Shown piece after piece: positions 19,038 to 27,904 of a stretch of DNA of 36,533 bases. Source of the stretch: Candidatus Micrarchaeota archaeon. Its GTDB lineage: Archaea; Micrarchaeota; Micrarchaeia; Anstonellales; Bilamarchaeaceae. Location: assembly GCA_041694885.1 (NCBI GenBank), contig JBGFRX010000041.1:1-36533 (forward strand). The letters run 5' to 3'. Every line of letters starts with the position of its first letter. Positions within the stretch are counted from its first letter, which is position 1. The notes under the pieces were generated by a model. That model was not told the origin of the DNA, made no database searches, and was given only the letters and a program-made list of their open reading frames with translations. The position numbers and the translations under genes were made by a program.

Positions 19038-19096
19038 TTCATCTTCCTGCTTCATGGGTGTCGGTTTGATGCGCGAAACTAAAAATTCACGGAAAA

Positions 19097-19159
19097 GTAA
19101 GAGTTTATAATTCCCCCGTCTTAAACCTCGAAATTGCTGAAATGGGAAAAACCTGAACT
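19097..19159 (+). repeat. 63-bp dispersed intergenic element, copy 1
   Basis: 61/63 identical to the reverse complement of 25062-25124. Confidence 0.95.
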
Positions 19160-19207
19160 TTCTGACTATAAAAACAATTATTAATTTTTCATACCCAATT
19201 CCTGCCT

Positions 19208-19723
19208 ATGCTCACTTATTCCCGCCTGCGCGAAATACAGAAGAAGGAGTCGGAGTCGCTCGAGCCCGTGAAACTGGAGACGGATTTCTACGCGCAGCTG
19301 AAGCAGTTTATCGAGACGAAAAAGTCATCGGCGCTGAAAAGCCAGTCCTTCGCAGAAATGCGCGAGCTCGAGAACGTAAAGAAGGTTGCGAAGAGCATAA
19401 TCGCGAAAAGAAAAGAGAAGCTGCTGATGCTTTCCACGATATCCGGGCAGGACATAGAAGGGCTTGCAGCAGAGGAGCGCTCCTTCCTCTCGGAAGTGAG
19501 GAAAATCGCAGTGGATTCGTTCGGTTCGATGGACTCTGTTTTCGAGGAGCCAAAGGAGGAGAAGATGAGCAAAACGAAACTGAAAATCGTCAGGACGATA
19601 GAAGCTTATAAAGGTTTCGATAATAATATTTACGGACCGTTCAGAGAAGGGGAAGAGATTCTTCTTCCCTCGGAGGAGGCCGAGTGGCTCCTGAAAAGCA
19701 AGATGGCCGAGCATATATACTAA
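19208..19723 (+). CDS. GINS subunit (Gins51/Gins15-type)
   Basis: N-terminal helical domain (LETDFY), C-terminal YGPFREGEEILLPSEEAEWL domain; canonical position before rpl44e. Confidence 0.85.
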   Translation: MLTYSRLREIQKKESESLEPVKLETDFYAQLKQFIETKKSSALKSQSFAEMRELENVKKVAKSIIAKRKEKLLMLSTISGQDIEGLAAEERSFLSEVRKIAVDSFGSMDSVFEEPKEEKMSKTKLKIVRTIEAYKGFDNNIYGPFREGEEILLPSEEAEWLLKSKMAEHIY

Positions 19724-19750
19724 TTAAGGAATATTTCTCAGGTGTTCAGA

Positions 19751-20032
19751 ATGAAATATCCAAAAGAAGTCAGAACATATTGTCCCTACTGCGACTCGCA
19801 CCAGGTGCACAAGGCGCGGCTCGCGGGCAAAGGCCGCGCAAGATCCCTTGCAATAGGCACGAGGAAGCATGAGCGCTCCTTACTCGGGCACGGAGGAAAG
19901 CGCGCAGGCGAGAAGACCGTGAAGAAACAGGGCAAGCGCCAGAAAATCATCCTTGAATGCCAGGAGTGCAGGAAGAAGCAGGAGCGCATAATAGGCACGA
20001 GGACCAAGAAAAAGCTCGAGATAAAGGCGTAA
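19751..20032 (+). CDS. rpl44e: 50S ribosomal protein L44e
   Basis: MKYPKEVRTYCPYC..H, LECQEC. Confidence 0.96.
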   Translation: MKYPKEVRTYCPYCDSHQVHKARLAGKGRARSLAIGTRKHERSLLGHGGKRAGEKTVKKQGKRQKIILECQECRKKQERIIGTRTKKKLEIKA

Positions 20033-20071
20033 ACCGCAATTGAAGAAAGCTGAAAACCGAGGTATGTTTAT

Positions 20072-20233
20072 ATGGCAAAATTCATCCTAGTGAAATGCAA
20101 GTGCGGAAACGAGCAGAAGGTCTTCAGCACCCCATCGCTGCCAGTGAAATGCGGGGTGTGCGGCGAGACCCTCGCTACACCAACAGGGGGAAAGGGCGCA
20201 TTTTCAGGAAAGCGCGTTAAAGACGTCGAGTAG
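20072..20233 (+). CDS. rps27e: 30S ribosomal protein S27e (not in the ORF track)
   Basis: [34 protein letters not shown], 53 aa. Confidence 0.95.
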   Translation: MAKFILVKCKCGNEQKVFSTPSLPVKCGVCGETLATPTGGKGAFSGKRVKDVE

Positions 20234-20251
20234 GCAAAAGGGAGTGAAAAA

Positions 20252-21007
20252 GTGGCGGAAATAAGGCTTCCAGAGGAAAACGAATTCGTTCTTGCCACGG
20301 TGAAGAAGATAATGCCTTATGGTGCATTCTGCGTGCTGACCGAATACGGCAATCTGGAGGCGTTTCTCCACGTTTCCGAGGTCGCCTCGCGCTGGATAAA
20401 GAACATACATGAGTTCCTTTCCGAGAACGAAAAATTAGTAGTGAAGATACTGCGCGTGGACCGTGAAAAAGGGCAGATAGACGTCTCGCTGAGAAGGGTT
20501 AGCGAGCAGGAGAAAAGGAACAAATTAGAAGCCGTGAAGCGCTCCTCCCGCTCGGACAAACTGCTCCAGCTCGCGCTTTCGAAATCCAAAAGTCCGATGA
20601 AGCTTCCAGAGCTCACGCTGAAATTGGAGGAGATATACGGAGAGGCGTATGCTGCGCTCGAGGAGGCACTCGAAAAGGACGACGCGCTTGCGGAAGTCCC
20701 AATTCCAGATGCGCTGAAAAAGAAAATAATCGAAATCGTGCGCAAGAGCATAAAGAAGGCAAAGGTCTCCGTAGTCGCCGATATCACCTTGAGGTGCTTT
20801 GGGCCAGAGGGAATAGAGCACATAAAGAAAGTCCTTGCACTGAACGAGCCGGACGTGGCGATACATTACTTGGGCGCGCCCCGCTACAAGCTGGAGGTGT
20901 TCTCCACTGACTACAAGGACGCGAACAAAAAGGCGGAAAAAATACTCGGGAAAATGCGCCTGGGTTTGGGGAAGGACTGCGCATTCGAGTACAAGATGGA
21001 AGAGTGA
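20252..21007 (+). CDS. eif2a: Translation initiation factor aIF2 alpha subunit
   Basis: S1 domain YGAF..LHVSEVASRWIKNI, GQIDVSLRRV, LGAPRY. Confidence 0.97.
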   Translation: MAEIRLPEENEFVLATVKKIMPYGAFCVLTEYGNLEAFLHVSEVASRWIKNIHEFLSENEKLVVKILRVDREKGQIDVSLRRVSEQEKRNKLEAVKRSSRSDKLLQLALSKSKSPMKLPELTLKLEEIYGEAYAALEEALEKDDALAEVPIPDALKKKIIEIVRKSIKKAKVSVVADITLRCFGPEGIEHIKKVLALNEPDVAIHYLGAPRYKLEVFSTDYKDANKKAEKILGKMRLGLGKDCAFEYKMEE

Positions 21008-21015
21008 AGAGCAGG

Positions 21016-21165
21016 ATGAAAAAGATGCGCAAATGCCGCTCGTGCGGCATCTACACTTTAAAAGAATTGCACTGCAATTCATTAACCGCCTCAGCGCATC
21101 CGGCGCGCTTCAATCCGAACGACAGGTACATGGTGCAGAAGAGAAAAGCAAGGGGCATTGCATGA
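21016..21165 (+). CDS. nop10: H/ACA RNP protein Nop10 (not in the ORF track)
   Basis: MRKCRSCGIYTLKE..AHPARFNPNDRY; canonical position after eif2a. Confidence 0.93.
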   Translation: MKKMRKCRSCGIYTLKELHCNSLTASAHPARFNPNDRYMVQKRKARGIA

Positions 21166-21203
21166 TCCGGCCCGATGTGTGGCGATGACAGGATGATGAT
21201 ACG

Positions 21204-21965
21204 ATGAACGAAACGCTTGTTGTGGAAAAAACCAAAACCAGGATGAAAAGCCCGATACTGCTTACTGGCCTGCCAGGAATAGGGCTCGTGGGCCAGGTTG
21301 TGTGCAAGTACCTGATAAGCAAGATGAATGGAAAGAAGATAGCAGACGTTTTTTCCCCGCATTTCCCGCACCAAGTCCTCATGACCAGGAAGGGTGCGAT
21401 AAGGTCGATAAAGAACATGTTCTATTCAGTTAAGGCAGGAAAGCATGATATGCTCATATTGGTGGGAGACGTGCAGGCGATAACCTCCGAAGGCCAGTAT
21501 GAGGTCGCGGGGAAGATACTCGATTATGCGCAGAAATTCGGAGTTAAGGACGTAGTATCCATCGGCGGCTACAGCACAGGCAAGCTCAACGAGAAACGAA
21601 GGGTTTTCGGAGTGGTTACGCACAAAGGCATGATAGGCGAGCTGAAAAAAGTGGGCGTGGTTTTCGGGGAAGCAAAGGGCGCGATAGTGGGCGCAGCAGG
21701 CCTTCTTCCTGCGCTTTCCAGGATAAGAGGCATGAAGGGCATGTGCCTTATGGGCGAGACCCATGGAAACTACGTGGATGCGGTTTCCGCGCGCAACGTG
21801 ATAAACGTCCTCGAAAAATTGATGGGCTTCACGGTGGACCTTTCCGACCTGGAGAAGCAGGCGAAGGAAGGGGAAAAAATAATTAAAAAGATAGAGGAGG
21901 AGATGCAGAAGCAGACAGTAGTTCCCTACGAGACGGAGAAAAAGGATGTCTCATACATAAGATGA
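21204..21965 (+). CDS. PAC2-family proteasome assembly chaperone
   Basis: GLPGIGLVG, SIGGY, IVGAAGLL, CLMGET motifs; conserved operon context. Confidence 0.92.
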   Translation: MNETLVVEKTKTRMKSPILLTGLPGIGLVGQVVCKYLISKMNGKKIADVFSPHFPHQVLMTRKGAIRSIKNMFYSVKAGKHDMLILVGDVQAITSEGQYEVAGKILDYAQKFGVKDVVSIGGYSTGKLNEKRRVFGVVTHKGMIGELKKVGVVFGEAKGAIVGAAGLLPALSRIRGMKGMCLMGETHGNYVDAVSARNVINVLEKLMGFTVDLSDLEKQAKEGEKIIKKIEEEMQKQTVVPYETEKKDVSYIR

Positions 21966-21993
21966 TTGGCGCGGAATGAAAAAAGGTGGTTCG

Positions 21994-22212
21994 ATGAAAG
22001 GTCAGTTGTCTGCAGAAATGATAATCCTGGTTGCAGTGGTCCTTGCAGTGGTCGCGATAGTTGCGATAAGCATGACCAAGACCGCGGGCAACACAGCTGA
22101 AGCAGTTGAAAACCAGAGCCAGAGCATCGTAGGAAAAACGGAAGAAATAGTCAGCAACTTCAGCGCAACTATTCCTTCTCATGAACCAGCCGTTTCACTC
22201 GCAGCAAAATAA
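21994..22212 (+). CDS. Small class III signal peptide pilin
   Basis: MKG-QLSAEMIILVAVVLAVVAIVA. Confidence 0.85.
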   Translation: MKGQLSAEMIILVAVVLAVVAIVAISMTKTAGNTAEAVENQSQSIVGKTEEIVSNFSATIPSHEPAVSLAAK

Positions 22213-22238
22213 GGAGAAATTTGCAATAGGTAGTTGCG

Positions 22239-22622
22239 ATGAAAGGCCAGCTCACCATAGAATATCTTTTCCTTGCGCTTGTCTCCTTTGCCCTTATTGC
22301 AATTTCGCTCGCCGCGCTGCTCAAGATAAGGGAAGCAGGTGAGCGCGCCTTTCACCTCGAACTTTTCAGATCATCTGTGCTCGACATCCACAATGCAGGC
22401 GAGGAGCTCTGCGCGATGGGCTCGGGTAATTCGATGAAAATAAAAATAAGGGAGAATATCTCCATTTCGCAGAATTCGGATGAAACTGTATTTTCAAATC
22501 AGGAACTCAACATCTCCATTTCCAAAAAGACCACGTGCTCCTATGGTTCGGCTTCTGCGCTCGCGAATTCGGAAATAGGAATAAGGAACGAAGGCGGAAG
22601 AATCGAATTTGAAGCTAATTGA
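22239..22622 (+). CDS. Class III signal peptide pilin-like protein
   Basis: MKG-QLTIEYLFLALVSFALIAISL. Confidence 0.85.
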   Translation: MKGQLTIEYLFLALVSFALIAISLAALLKIREAGERAFHLELFRSSVLDIHNAGEELCAMGSGNSMKIKIRENISISQNSDETVFSNQELNISISKKTTCSYGSASALANSEIGIRNEGGRIEFEAN

Positions 22623-22623
22623 T

Positions 22624-23178
22624 TCATTTCTCCGCCTTCGGCGCGAGCGGTCTGTTTTGGCTAATGTATTTGCTTGTTGAAATAAAATCATAGCCCTTGC
22701 TCACCTTCTTGTTCAGCTTGAAGAACGAGAGCTGTGCAATCTTCATTCTGGCATGGAGATATACGCTGTTCGGATTAACTGAATAAATCTCAAGGGTGAG
22801 CGTGCTCGGCTCCTTTGCTCCAAAGCCCGCATGTATTATCCCTGCGGTCATGTGCACCATTATCCCCAGCCGGCCCAGGCTCGACCTTCCCTCTATCTGC
22901 GCAGCGATGCTTTCGGAAAGGGAAATCCTCTCCAATGTGGTTCCGAGCACGAACTGCCCTGGCTCAAGAGTGAACGGACCATCTATTTTCCTGCTCTCGA
23001 AGAAATCATCGGGCTTGTTTGGGTCTATCGTCTTCCCGACTGTCCTAGAAACAAGTACTTCGTTCCCAAGCCGTATATCCAGGCTGTCGGGCCCCAAAAG
23101 GCCTCTGTCGAACGGCTCTATCTTTATGCTGCCCGCGTCCATTGCCTCGAGCACTTCGACATCGCTCATGAGTGACAT
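22624..23178 (-). CDS. dcd: dCTP deaminase
   Basis: PDSLDIRLG, LGTTLERI, EGRSSLGRLG, LTLEI, KIAQL. Confidence 0.92.
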   Translation of the reverse strand: MSLMSDVEVLEAMDAGSIKIEPFDRGLLGPDSLDIRLGNEVLVSRTVGKTIDPNKPDDFFESRKIDGPFTLEPGQFVLGTTLERISLSESIAAQIEGRSSLGRLGIMVHMTAGIIHAGFGAKEPSTLTLEIYSVNPNSVYLHARMKIAQLSFFKLNKKVSKGYDFISTSKYISQNRPLAPKAEK

Positions 23179-23630
23179 TATTCCACGTCTTCAGCCTTCT
23201 GGGAAAGCCGCGCGGTCTTGGTTTTTATCGTCACAGGTATGGGCACCGCGACTTCCATCAATTCCACAGTGAGCTCGTCCCTTGCCTCGTCAGCCTTTAT
23301 CACGCGCGCACGCTCACCTTTGAACGGTCCTGAGGTCATCTCGACAATATCCCCTATCTTTATCGCAGCTGCTTGCTGGCCAGCTGCCTTCACGAGGTTC
23401 TCAATTTCGTTCAGCTGCACCGGCTTCTTCAGGAAGCCCTTCACGTTCTTCATCTTCTGCACGAGCTTCGTAATCTCGTTCTCGTCATTCGCCTCCACGA
23501 AAATGTAGCCCTTTATGCTTTCCACGGCCACGACGCTGTATACTGCGAGCTTTTCCGCCTTCGTCTTCCTGCCGAGCATCTCGGCAACAATCTTTTCCTG
23601 TCCGGTCGTTACCCTGAGAACATATATCAT
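23178..23630 (-). CDS. spt5: Transcription elongation factor Spt5
   Basis: VTTGQE, KGYIFVE, KOW motif GDIVEMTSGPFKGE, PIPVT. Confidence 0.97.
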   Translation of the reverse strand: MIYVLRVTTGQEKIVAEMLGRKTKAEKLAVYSVVAVESIKGYIFVEANDENEITKLVQKMKNVKGFLKKPVQLNEIENLVKAAGQQAAAIKIGDIVEMTSGPFKGERARVIKADEARDELTVELMEVAVPIPVTIKTKTARLSQKAEDVE

Positions 23631-23685
23631 TCATTTCACCTTTAAAGTTCAAGCATCAAATAGTCCAGGCGCGAATCCAAGCAAT

Positions 23686-23844
23686 TCACAAATATCTGAA
23701 TATGAAGGCGATCAGAAACCCTATTATGCCTATTCCTGCCATGCCTGCCCCTGTTATCCTCGCGATTTTGGAGAATTCCTCCTTGTCCGGCTTGCGTGCA
23801 ACGGCAATTATTCTGAGCGCCTTTTTCACAATTTCGAAATCCAC
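23686..23844 (-). CDS. secE: Protein translocase SecE/Sec61-gamma (not in the ORF track)
   Basis: GTG start after GGTGA; RIIAVARKPDKEEFSKIARITGAGMAGIGIIGFLI; ftsZ-secE-spt5 order. Confidence 0.93.
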   Translation of the reverse strand: MDFEIVKKALRIIAVARKPDKEEFSKIARITGAGMAGIGIIGFLIAFIFRYL

Positions 23845-23848
23845 ACAT

Positions 23849-24997
23849 TCACCCTATCAAGTCCAAATCAAGATTCTCGAATCCGCCTTCCGCCTCTTCC
23901 CGCGCGAACTTCACTCCTGTTAGCACAATCATCGTTCTTATTCCGGACTTCGAGCTGTCAGGGTCGATGCGCGCGCCCCATATTATGTGCGCGTTAGGGT
24001 GAATCTTCTTGGCAGTTTCTGCGACTATGAGCTCCGCCTCCCTGAGCGTCATGTCCTCGCCCCCAATCACGTTGATGAGTGCCCTGTTCGCTCCGGTGAG
24101 GTCAGCATCCAGGAGTGGCGAATTGAGCGCCGTCTCCACCGCTATTGTTGCCCTGTCTTCGACTTTCGCGTCCATGCTCGATTCGCCTATCCCTATTACT
24201 GCGAAACCACCCTGCGTGAGTATTGTTTTCAAGTCCGCGAAATCCACGTTCACCAACCCTGCCTTCGTGACCAATTCCGCGATCCCCTTCACAGAGCCAG
24301 CGAGCACCTCGTCGCACACCCTGAACGCGGTGTTGAGCGGAAGGTTCGGCGCAAGGGTGAGCAATTTGTCATTCTTGATGACTATTACGGTGTCCGAGTG
24401 CCTCTTGAGCCGCTCCAGTCCAAGAAGCGCGTTTTCCAGCCGCACTTTTCCTTCCGAGCTGAACGGAAGCGTGACGATACTTACGACGAGCGCGCCCCCT
24501 GCTTTCGCCTGCTCCGCGATGATTGCAGCAGAGCCGGTCCCTGTCCCTCCTCCGAGCCCGCAGGTTATGAACGCCATGCTAACGCCTTCGAGCATCTTTT
24601 TTATCTCCTCTGCGCTTTCCTTCGCAGCCGCTTCGCCCAATTGCGGGTTGCTTCCTGCGCCGTGCCCTTTCGTAATATTCTTTCCGAGCAGGAGTTTCCT
24701 GTGCGCCCGCATCCTAAGCAGGTGCTTTACGTCTGTATTCATCGCCACTAAATTGATGTCCTTCACATTGAGCTCGAACAGCCGATCGAGCGTGTTCGTT
24801 CCGCTTCCTCCAGTGCCTATCACGAACACCCGCGGCTTGCTCTGTTCCACGAATTCGAGCAGTGCCTCGTCATCGCTCTTCGCAGCAGGAGCTACCTGCT
24901 CGGCAATTTTTTCAACTGCAGCAATGTCCTCTTTTGCAACTTCAATATAAAGAGCTGTTTCAGCTTTCGCCCCACTTTCGGGTTTCGCTTCATCCAC
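23849..24997 (-). CDS. ftsZ: Cell division protein FtsZ (FtsZ1-type context)
   Basis: GTGGSG, NTD, GAGSNP, GLGGGTGTG, NVDFADL, IIWGA. Confidence 0.98.
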   Translation of the reverse strand: MDEAKPESGAKAETALYIEVAKEDIAAVEKIAEQVAPAAKSDDEALLEFVEQSKPRVFVIGTGGSGTNTLDRLFELNVKDINLVAMNTDVKHLLRMRAHRKLLLGKNITKGHGAGSNPQLGEAAAKESAEEIKKMLEGVSMAFITCGLGGGTGTGSAAIIAEQAKAGGALVVSIVTLPFSSEGKVRLENALLGLERLKRHSDTVIVIKNDKLLTLAPNLPLNTAFRVCDEVLAGSVKGIAELVTKAGLVNVDFADLKTILTQGGFAVIGIGESSMDAKVEDRATIAVETALNSPLLDADLTGANRALINVIGGEDMTLREAELIVAETAKKIHPNAHIIWGARIDPDSSKSGIRTMIVLTGVKFAREEAEGGFENLDLDLIG

Positions 24998-25055
24998 ATA
25001 ATCGCCTCTAAGCGTAGTGTAATTTCCTTTGATTAAAAAACATTATAAACATTCG

Positions 25056-25125
25056 TGTAAGAGTTCAGGTTTTTCCCATTTCAGCGATTTCGCGGTTTAA
25101 GACGGGGGAATTATAAACTCTTACA
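25056..25125 (-). repeat. 63-bp dispersed element, copy 2 (25062-25124), within a 70-bp unit with 10-bp terminal inverted repeats
   Basis: TGTAAGAGTT at 25056-65 and AACTCTTACA at 25116-25. Confidence 0.9.
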
Positions 25126-25154
25126 AAAGTTTTCGCGTTTTTCGTCTCTTCGGG

Positions 25155-27515
25155 CTAAAACTCGCGGTTTATCATCGAGTCGGCAAGCCTCTTGAGCGCC
25201 TCGCACTCTTTGGAATGCGGAAGCTCTTCCAGGAATGTGCTTGCATCCTCCACGAATCCCCGTGCCTTCACTCGCGCGTAATTCACTGAATCGTATTTCA
25301 GGAAAAGCGAAATCACGTACTGTATTTTTTTACTGTCGCGGGTGTGTGAAAGGAGAATGTCCTGCAGCTTCTTTTTTTCTCCGGTATCCGCGTGCGCCAT
25401 CGCGTGTATCGCCATAAGCGTGCGTTTGCCTTCGGTTATGTCCCCGCCTATTTTCTTTTTGTACTTGCTGAAATCCCCTATTACGTTCAGTATATCGTCC
25501 TGTATCTGGAACGCGACGCCTAATGATTCCCCGAACGTCCGGAATTTTTCGCGCAATTGCGGCTCTGCACCTGCCAGGTATGCGCCTGCCTCGCAGGCAG
25601 CACCCATGAGCGCCCCGGTTTTTCCGGAGACCATTGTGAAATAATCCTCTTCTGCAACGTCCGTTTTGCAGTTCTTGTGCCAGCCGAGCTCTATGCCCTG
25701 TCCCTCAACCACGCGCTGGAACGCGCATCCGAGAATCGAAGCCAGCTGGATTTTTTTCTCCGCAGGCATTTCGAGCCCGAGCAGCCAGTTCCACACCACT
25801 GTGTAAAGGGCGTCGCCGCTGTTGAGCGCTATGGGTATCCCGTACGAGATGTGCAGTGTTGGTTTTCCCCTCCTGAATTGCGAATCGTCCTCTATATCGT
25901 CGTGAATCAAAGAGTTATGGACAACGATATTGTTGGCGACAAAATTGTGCGAGTCCTCTATTTGCAAATCAAAAACTTCAGCCGTGCCTTTTGGGATAAT
26001 TGACAGCACGGGATTCAATGCAAAATGGTCAAAGTCCATCGCACCTAGATGAAAATCTCTTTTGTGCTCCATGGCATACTTCCGCTGTTGTCTGTCCAGG
26101 CGGCGTCTGTGCTCTGTGCATTCGGAACCTATTTCACGCAAAACCTTAAGCGGATCTCCGAACTCGACTTCGTATATAGTCGAAAACAGCGTGCGGGCAT
26201 TCTTAAAACGATTGGCAACACGCTTGGATCTTATGTGCGTAGACACGAAACCTAGAGAATCTATAAGGTGTTTTACATCCTCCACAAGCATTTTGCTGGC
26301 CGAGGAGAAAACCGCATGGCCTTTTTTGTTAACTGTACCATCCGAATCCAGAAGTCCGCGCAAGAGACGCAGCTTTTGCGAGCGCGGAAGGGAAAAAACC
26401 CACGAAGGAATCCTTTTTTGTTTCGCGGGCTTGTTCAGGTCCAACGCTGCGAAAAGTTGGGAGATGGCATTTGAGGAAGCAACCAAGTTATGCCTGTCCG
26501 AAGACATGCCTTTCCTAAAAACCCGCTTGAAAAGATTGCCGTATGCATCGCGCACTTCGCCAGGTGGAATGCAAAAAAATATCCTTGAGCCGTTTGGACT
26601 CATGGTCACGCATCCGTCTCCGAGAAAGAAACCGACAAGCTGGCAGAAATCATCATCCGTAAAATCCGGAATTTTTGCAGAATTTTTCTGGTTTGGGCGT
26701 GCATCTATGGACGGAAGAGCAAATGGTTTGCCGTCGTCCGGAAGGTTTTTCAGCACAACCAGCAGATCGCCTTTTCGAAGAGCATGAAGCGGCTTCCATT
26801 CGATAGAAGGAACTGACGCGGTTTCAGCAAGGCAAAGGCCAAAATGTTTCGCTTCCACCAGTTTTATTCCTAAAAACATCTCCAGGGATTTCCGGTGTTT
26901 AATTGGAATCAGATGTTTTTCGCTGCTCCACCAATTCCTCGACCCTGGCGGAAGGGCAAGGCACGAACTTATGCTGCCCAAGGAGATACTGTTTGCTTTT
27001 GCCGCAGCACGGATTTTTTCGCGTCCTTCGGATGACAATCTCATGTGGATGGGGTGGGCACGCCTAGCAACCAAAAATGGGTGGTTCGCTGTCGCAGTGA
27101 TACGCCTGTTCCTTGTTTTGAGCTCGAATACCTCCGCCTCGCCATTTTTGGCAATTGCCAAAACCCTGTTGCGCTTCAGAGCCCGCTTATCCACGTCAAA
27201 TGAGTAAACGTAATCGCCTGCCTTCACTTCACTTATGGGTTTCGAAGCCGGGTTTGTCGCCACCAGCGTATCGCCGCTCAAGCAGAAGTTGTGGAAAAGC
27301 TCGAGCAGCGCGGCTGCCCTAAGCGCGCTTTTCCTGTCCTTTCCTCCAAACGCGTGGAAGGAGAGCATGAGCAGCGCAGGCCTGATCCTCTTCCCCCCCC
27401 TGAACACGTATTCCGGCAGCATCGAGTAAACTGCTTTGGGAACACCGGGGATTATTTTTTTTATCTCACGCTCCACTTCCTCTATGTCGTCCTTGACTGA
27501 TTTTTTAAAATCCAT
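25155..27515 (-). CDS. idsA: Polyprenyl (geranylgeranyl) diphosphate synthase precursor containing an intein
   Basis: GGKRIRP, ELFHNF-[intein]-SLIHDDIEDDSQFRRG, EGQ, KTGAL, AFQIQDDIL, GDITEGK. Confidence 0.95.
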   Translation of the reverse strand: MDFKKSVKDDIEEVEREIKKIIPGVPKAVYSMLPEYVFRGGKRIRPALLMLSFHAFGGKDRKSALRAAALLELFHNFCLSGDTLVATNPASKPISEVKAGDYVYSFDVDKRALKRNRVLAIAKNGEAEVFELKTRNRRITATANHPFLVARRAHPIHMRLSSEGREKIRAAAKANSISLGSISSCLALPPGSRNWWSSEKHLIPIKHRKSLEMFLGIKLVEAKHFGLCLAETASVPSIEWKPLHALRKGDLLVVLKNLPDDGKPFALPSIDARPNQKNSAKIPDFTDDDFCQLVGFFLGDGCVTMSPNGSRIFFCIPPGEVRDAYGNLFKRVFRKGMSSDRHNLVASSNAISQLFAALDLNKPAKQKRIPSWVFSLPRSQKLRLLRGLLDSDGTVNKKGHAVFSSASKMLVEDVKHLIDSLGFVSTHIRSKRVANRFKNARTLFSTIYEVEFGDPLKVLREIGSECTEHRRRLDRQQRKYAMEHKRDFHLGAMDFDHFALNPVLSIIPKGTAEVFDLQIEDSHNFVANNIVVHNSLIHDDIEDDSQFRRGKPTLHISYGIPIALNSGDALYTVVWNWLLGLEMPAEKKIQLASILGCAFQRVVEGQGIELGWHKNCKTDVAEEDYFTMVSGKTGALMGAACEAGAYLAGAEPQLREKFRTFGESLGVAFQIQDDILNVIGDFSKYKKKIGGDITEGKRTLMAIHAMAHADTGEKKKLQDILLSHTRDSKKIQYVISLFLKYDSVNYARVKARGFVEDASTFLEELPHSKECEALKRLADSMINREF
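25914..27284 (-). mobile_element. 457-aa intein with LAGLIDADG homing endonuclease
   Basis: Block A CLSGDT, block B ITATANHPF, LVGFFLGDG and LRGLLDSDG, block F VFDLQI, block G VVHN followed by Ser. Confidence 0.97.
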
Positions 27516-27535
27516 AGCAGGAAATTGCACCAAAG

Positions 27536-27844
27536 TTATTTATACCTTATTTTCCGTTCGTAGCTGCATTTTTTGCATTCGTATATTATTCTCTTGTTCT
27601 TCTTGTCGAAAAACACCGACAGGCTTTTTCCAGGCCTCCAGAAAAAGAAGCATTTCCTGCAGAACAGGAGCTTTTGCTCCTTCGTGAGCCGCACCCTGTT
27701 TTTCCTCACTATGGCGAAAGCGAGTTGTACGTACCTTTTCGCCCTTTCCGGATTTTGCGCGAATATCTTTTCCGCTTCGCCCAGCAATATATTTATCCTT
27801 TCTTCGGAAATTTTCTTTACTATTCCTTTTTCTTTCGGGCGCAT
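27536..27844 (-). CDS. rnp4: RNase P protein Rpp21
   Basis: ISEERINIL, AKRYVQLA, FCRKC..ECKKC zinc ribbon. Confidence 0.92.
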   Translation of the reverse strand: MRPKEKGIVKKISEERINILLGEAEKIFAQNPERAKRYVQLAFAIVRKNRVRLTKEQKLLFCRKCFFFWRPGKSLSVFFDKKNKRIIYECKKCSYERKIRYK

Positions 27845-27904
27845 ATTCCGGTTTTCAGGAGTAAATGTTTTAATAAGAGGTGCGGAATTTGCTTTGGTGA
27901 GAAT

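Noticed and set aside
21166..21203. ATGATGA C-box-like motif after nop10
   Set aside because: No correctly spaced CTGA D box or guide architecture
23642..23848. 68-aa ORF between ftsZ and spt5
   Set aside because: Wrong frame; the overlapping frame 23686-23844 encodes a clear SecE
23987..24950. Long plus-strand ORFs of 254 and 313 aa
   Set aside because: Antisense shadows of ftsZ
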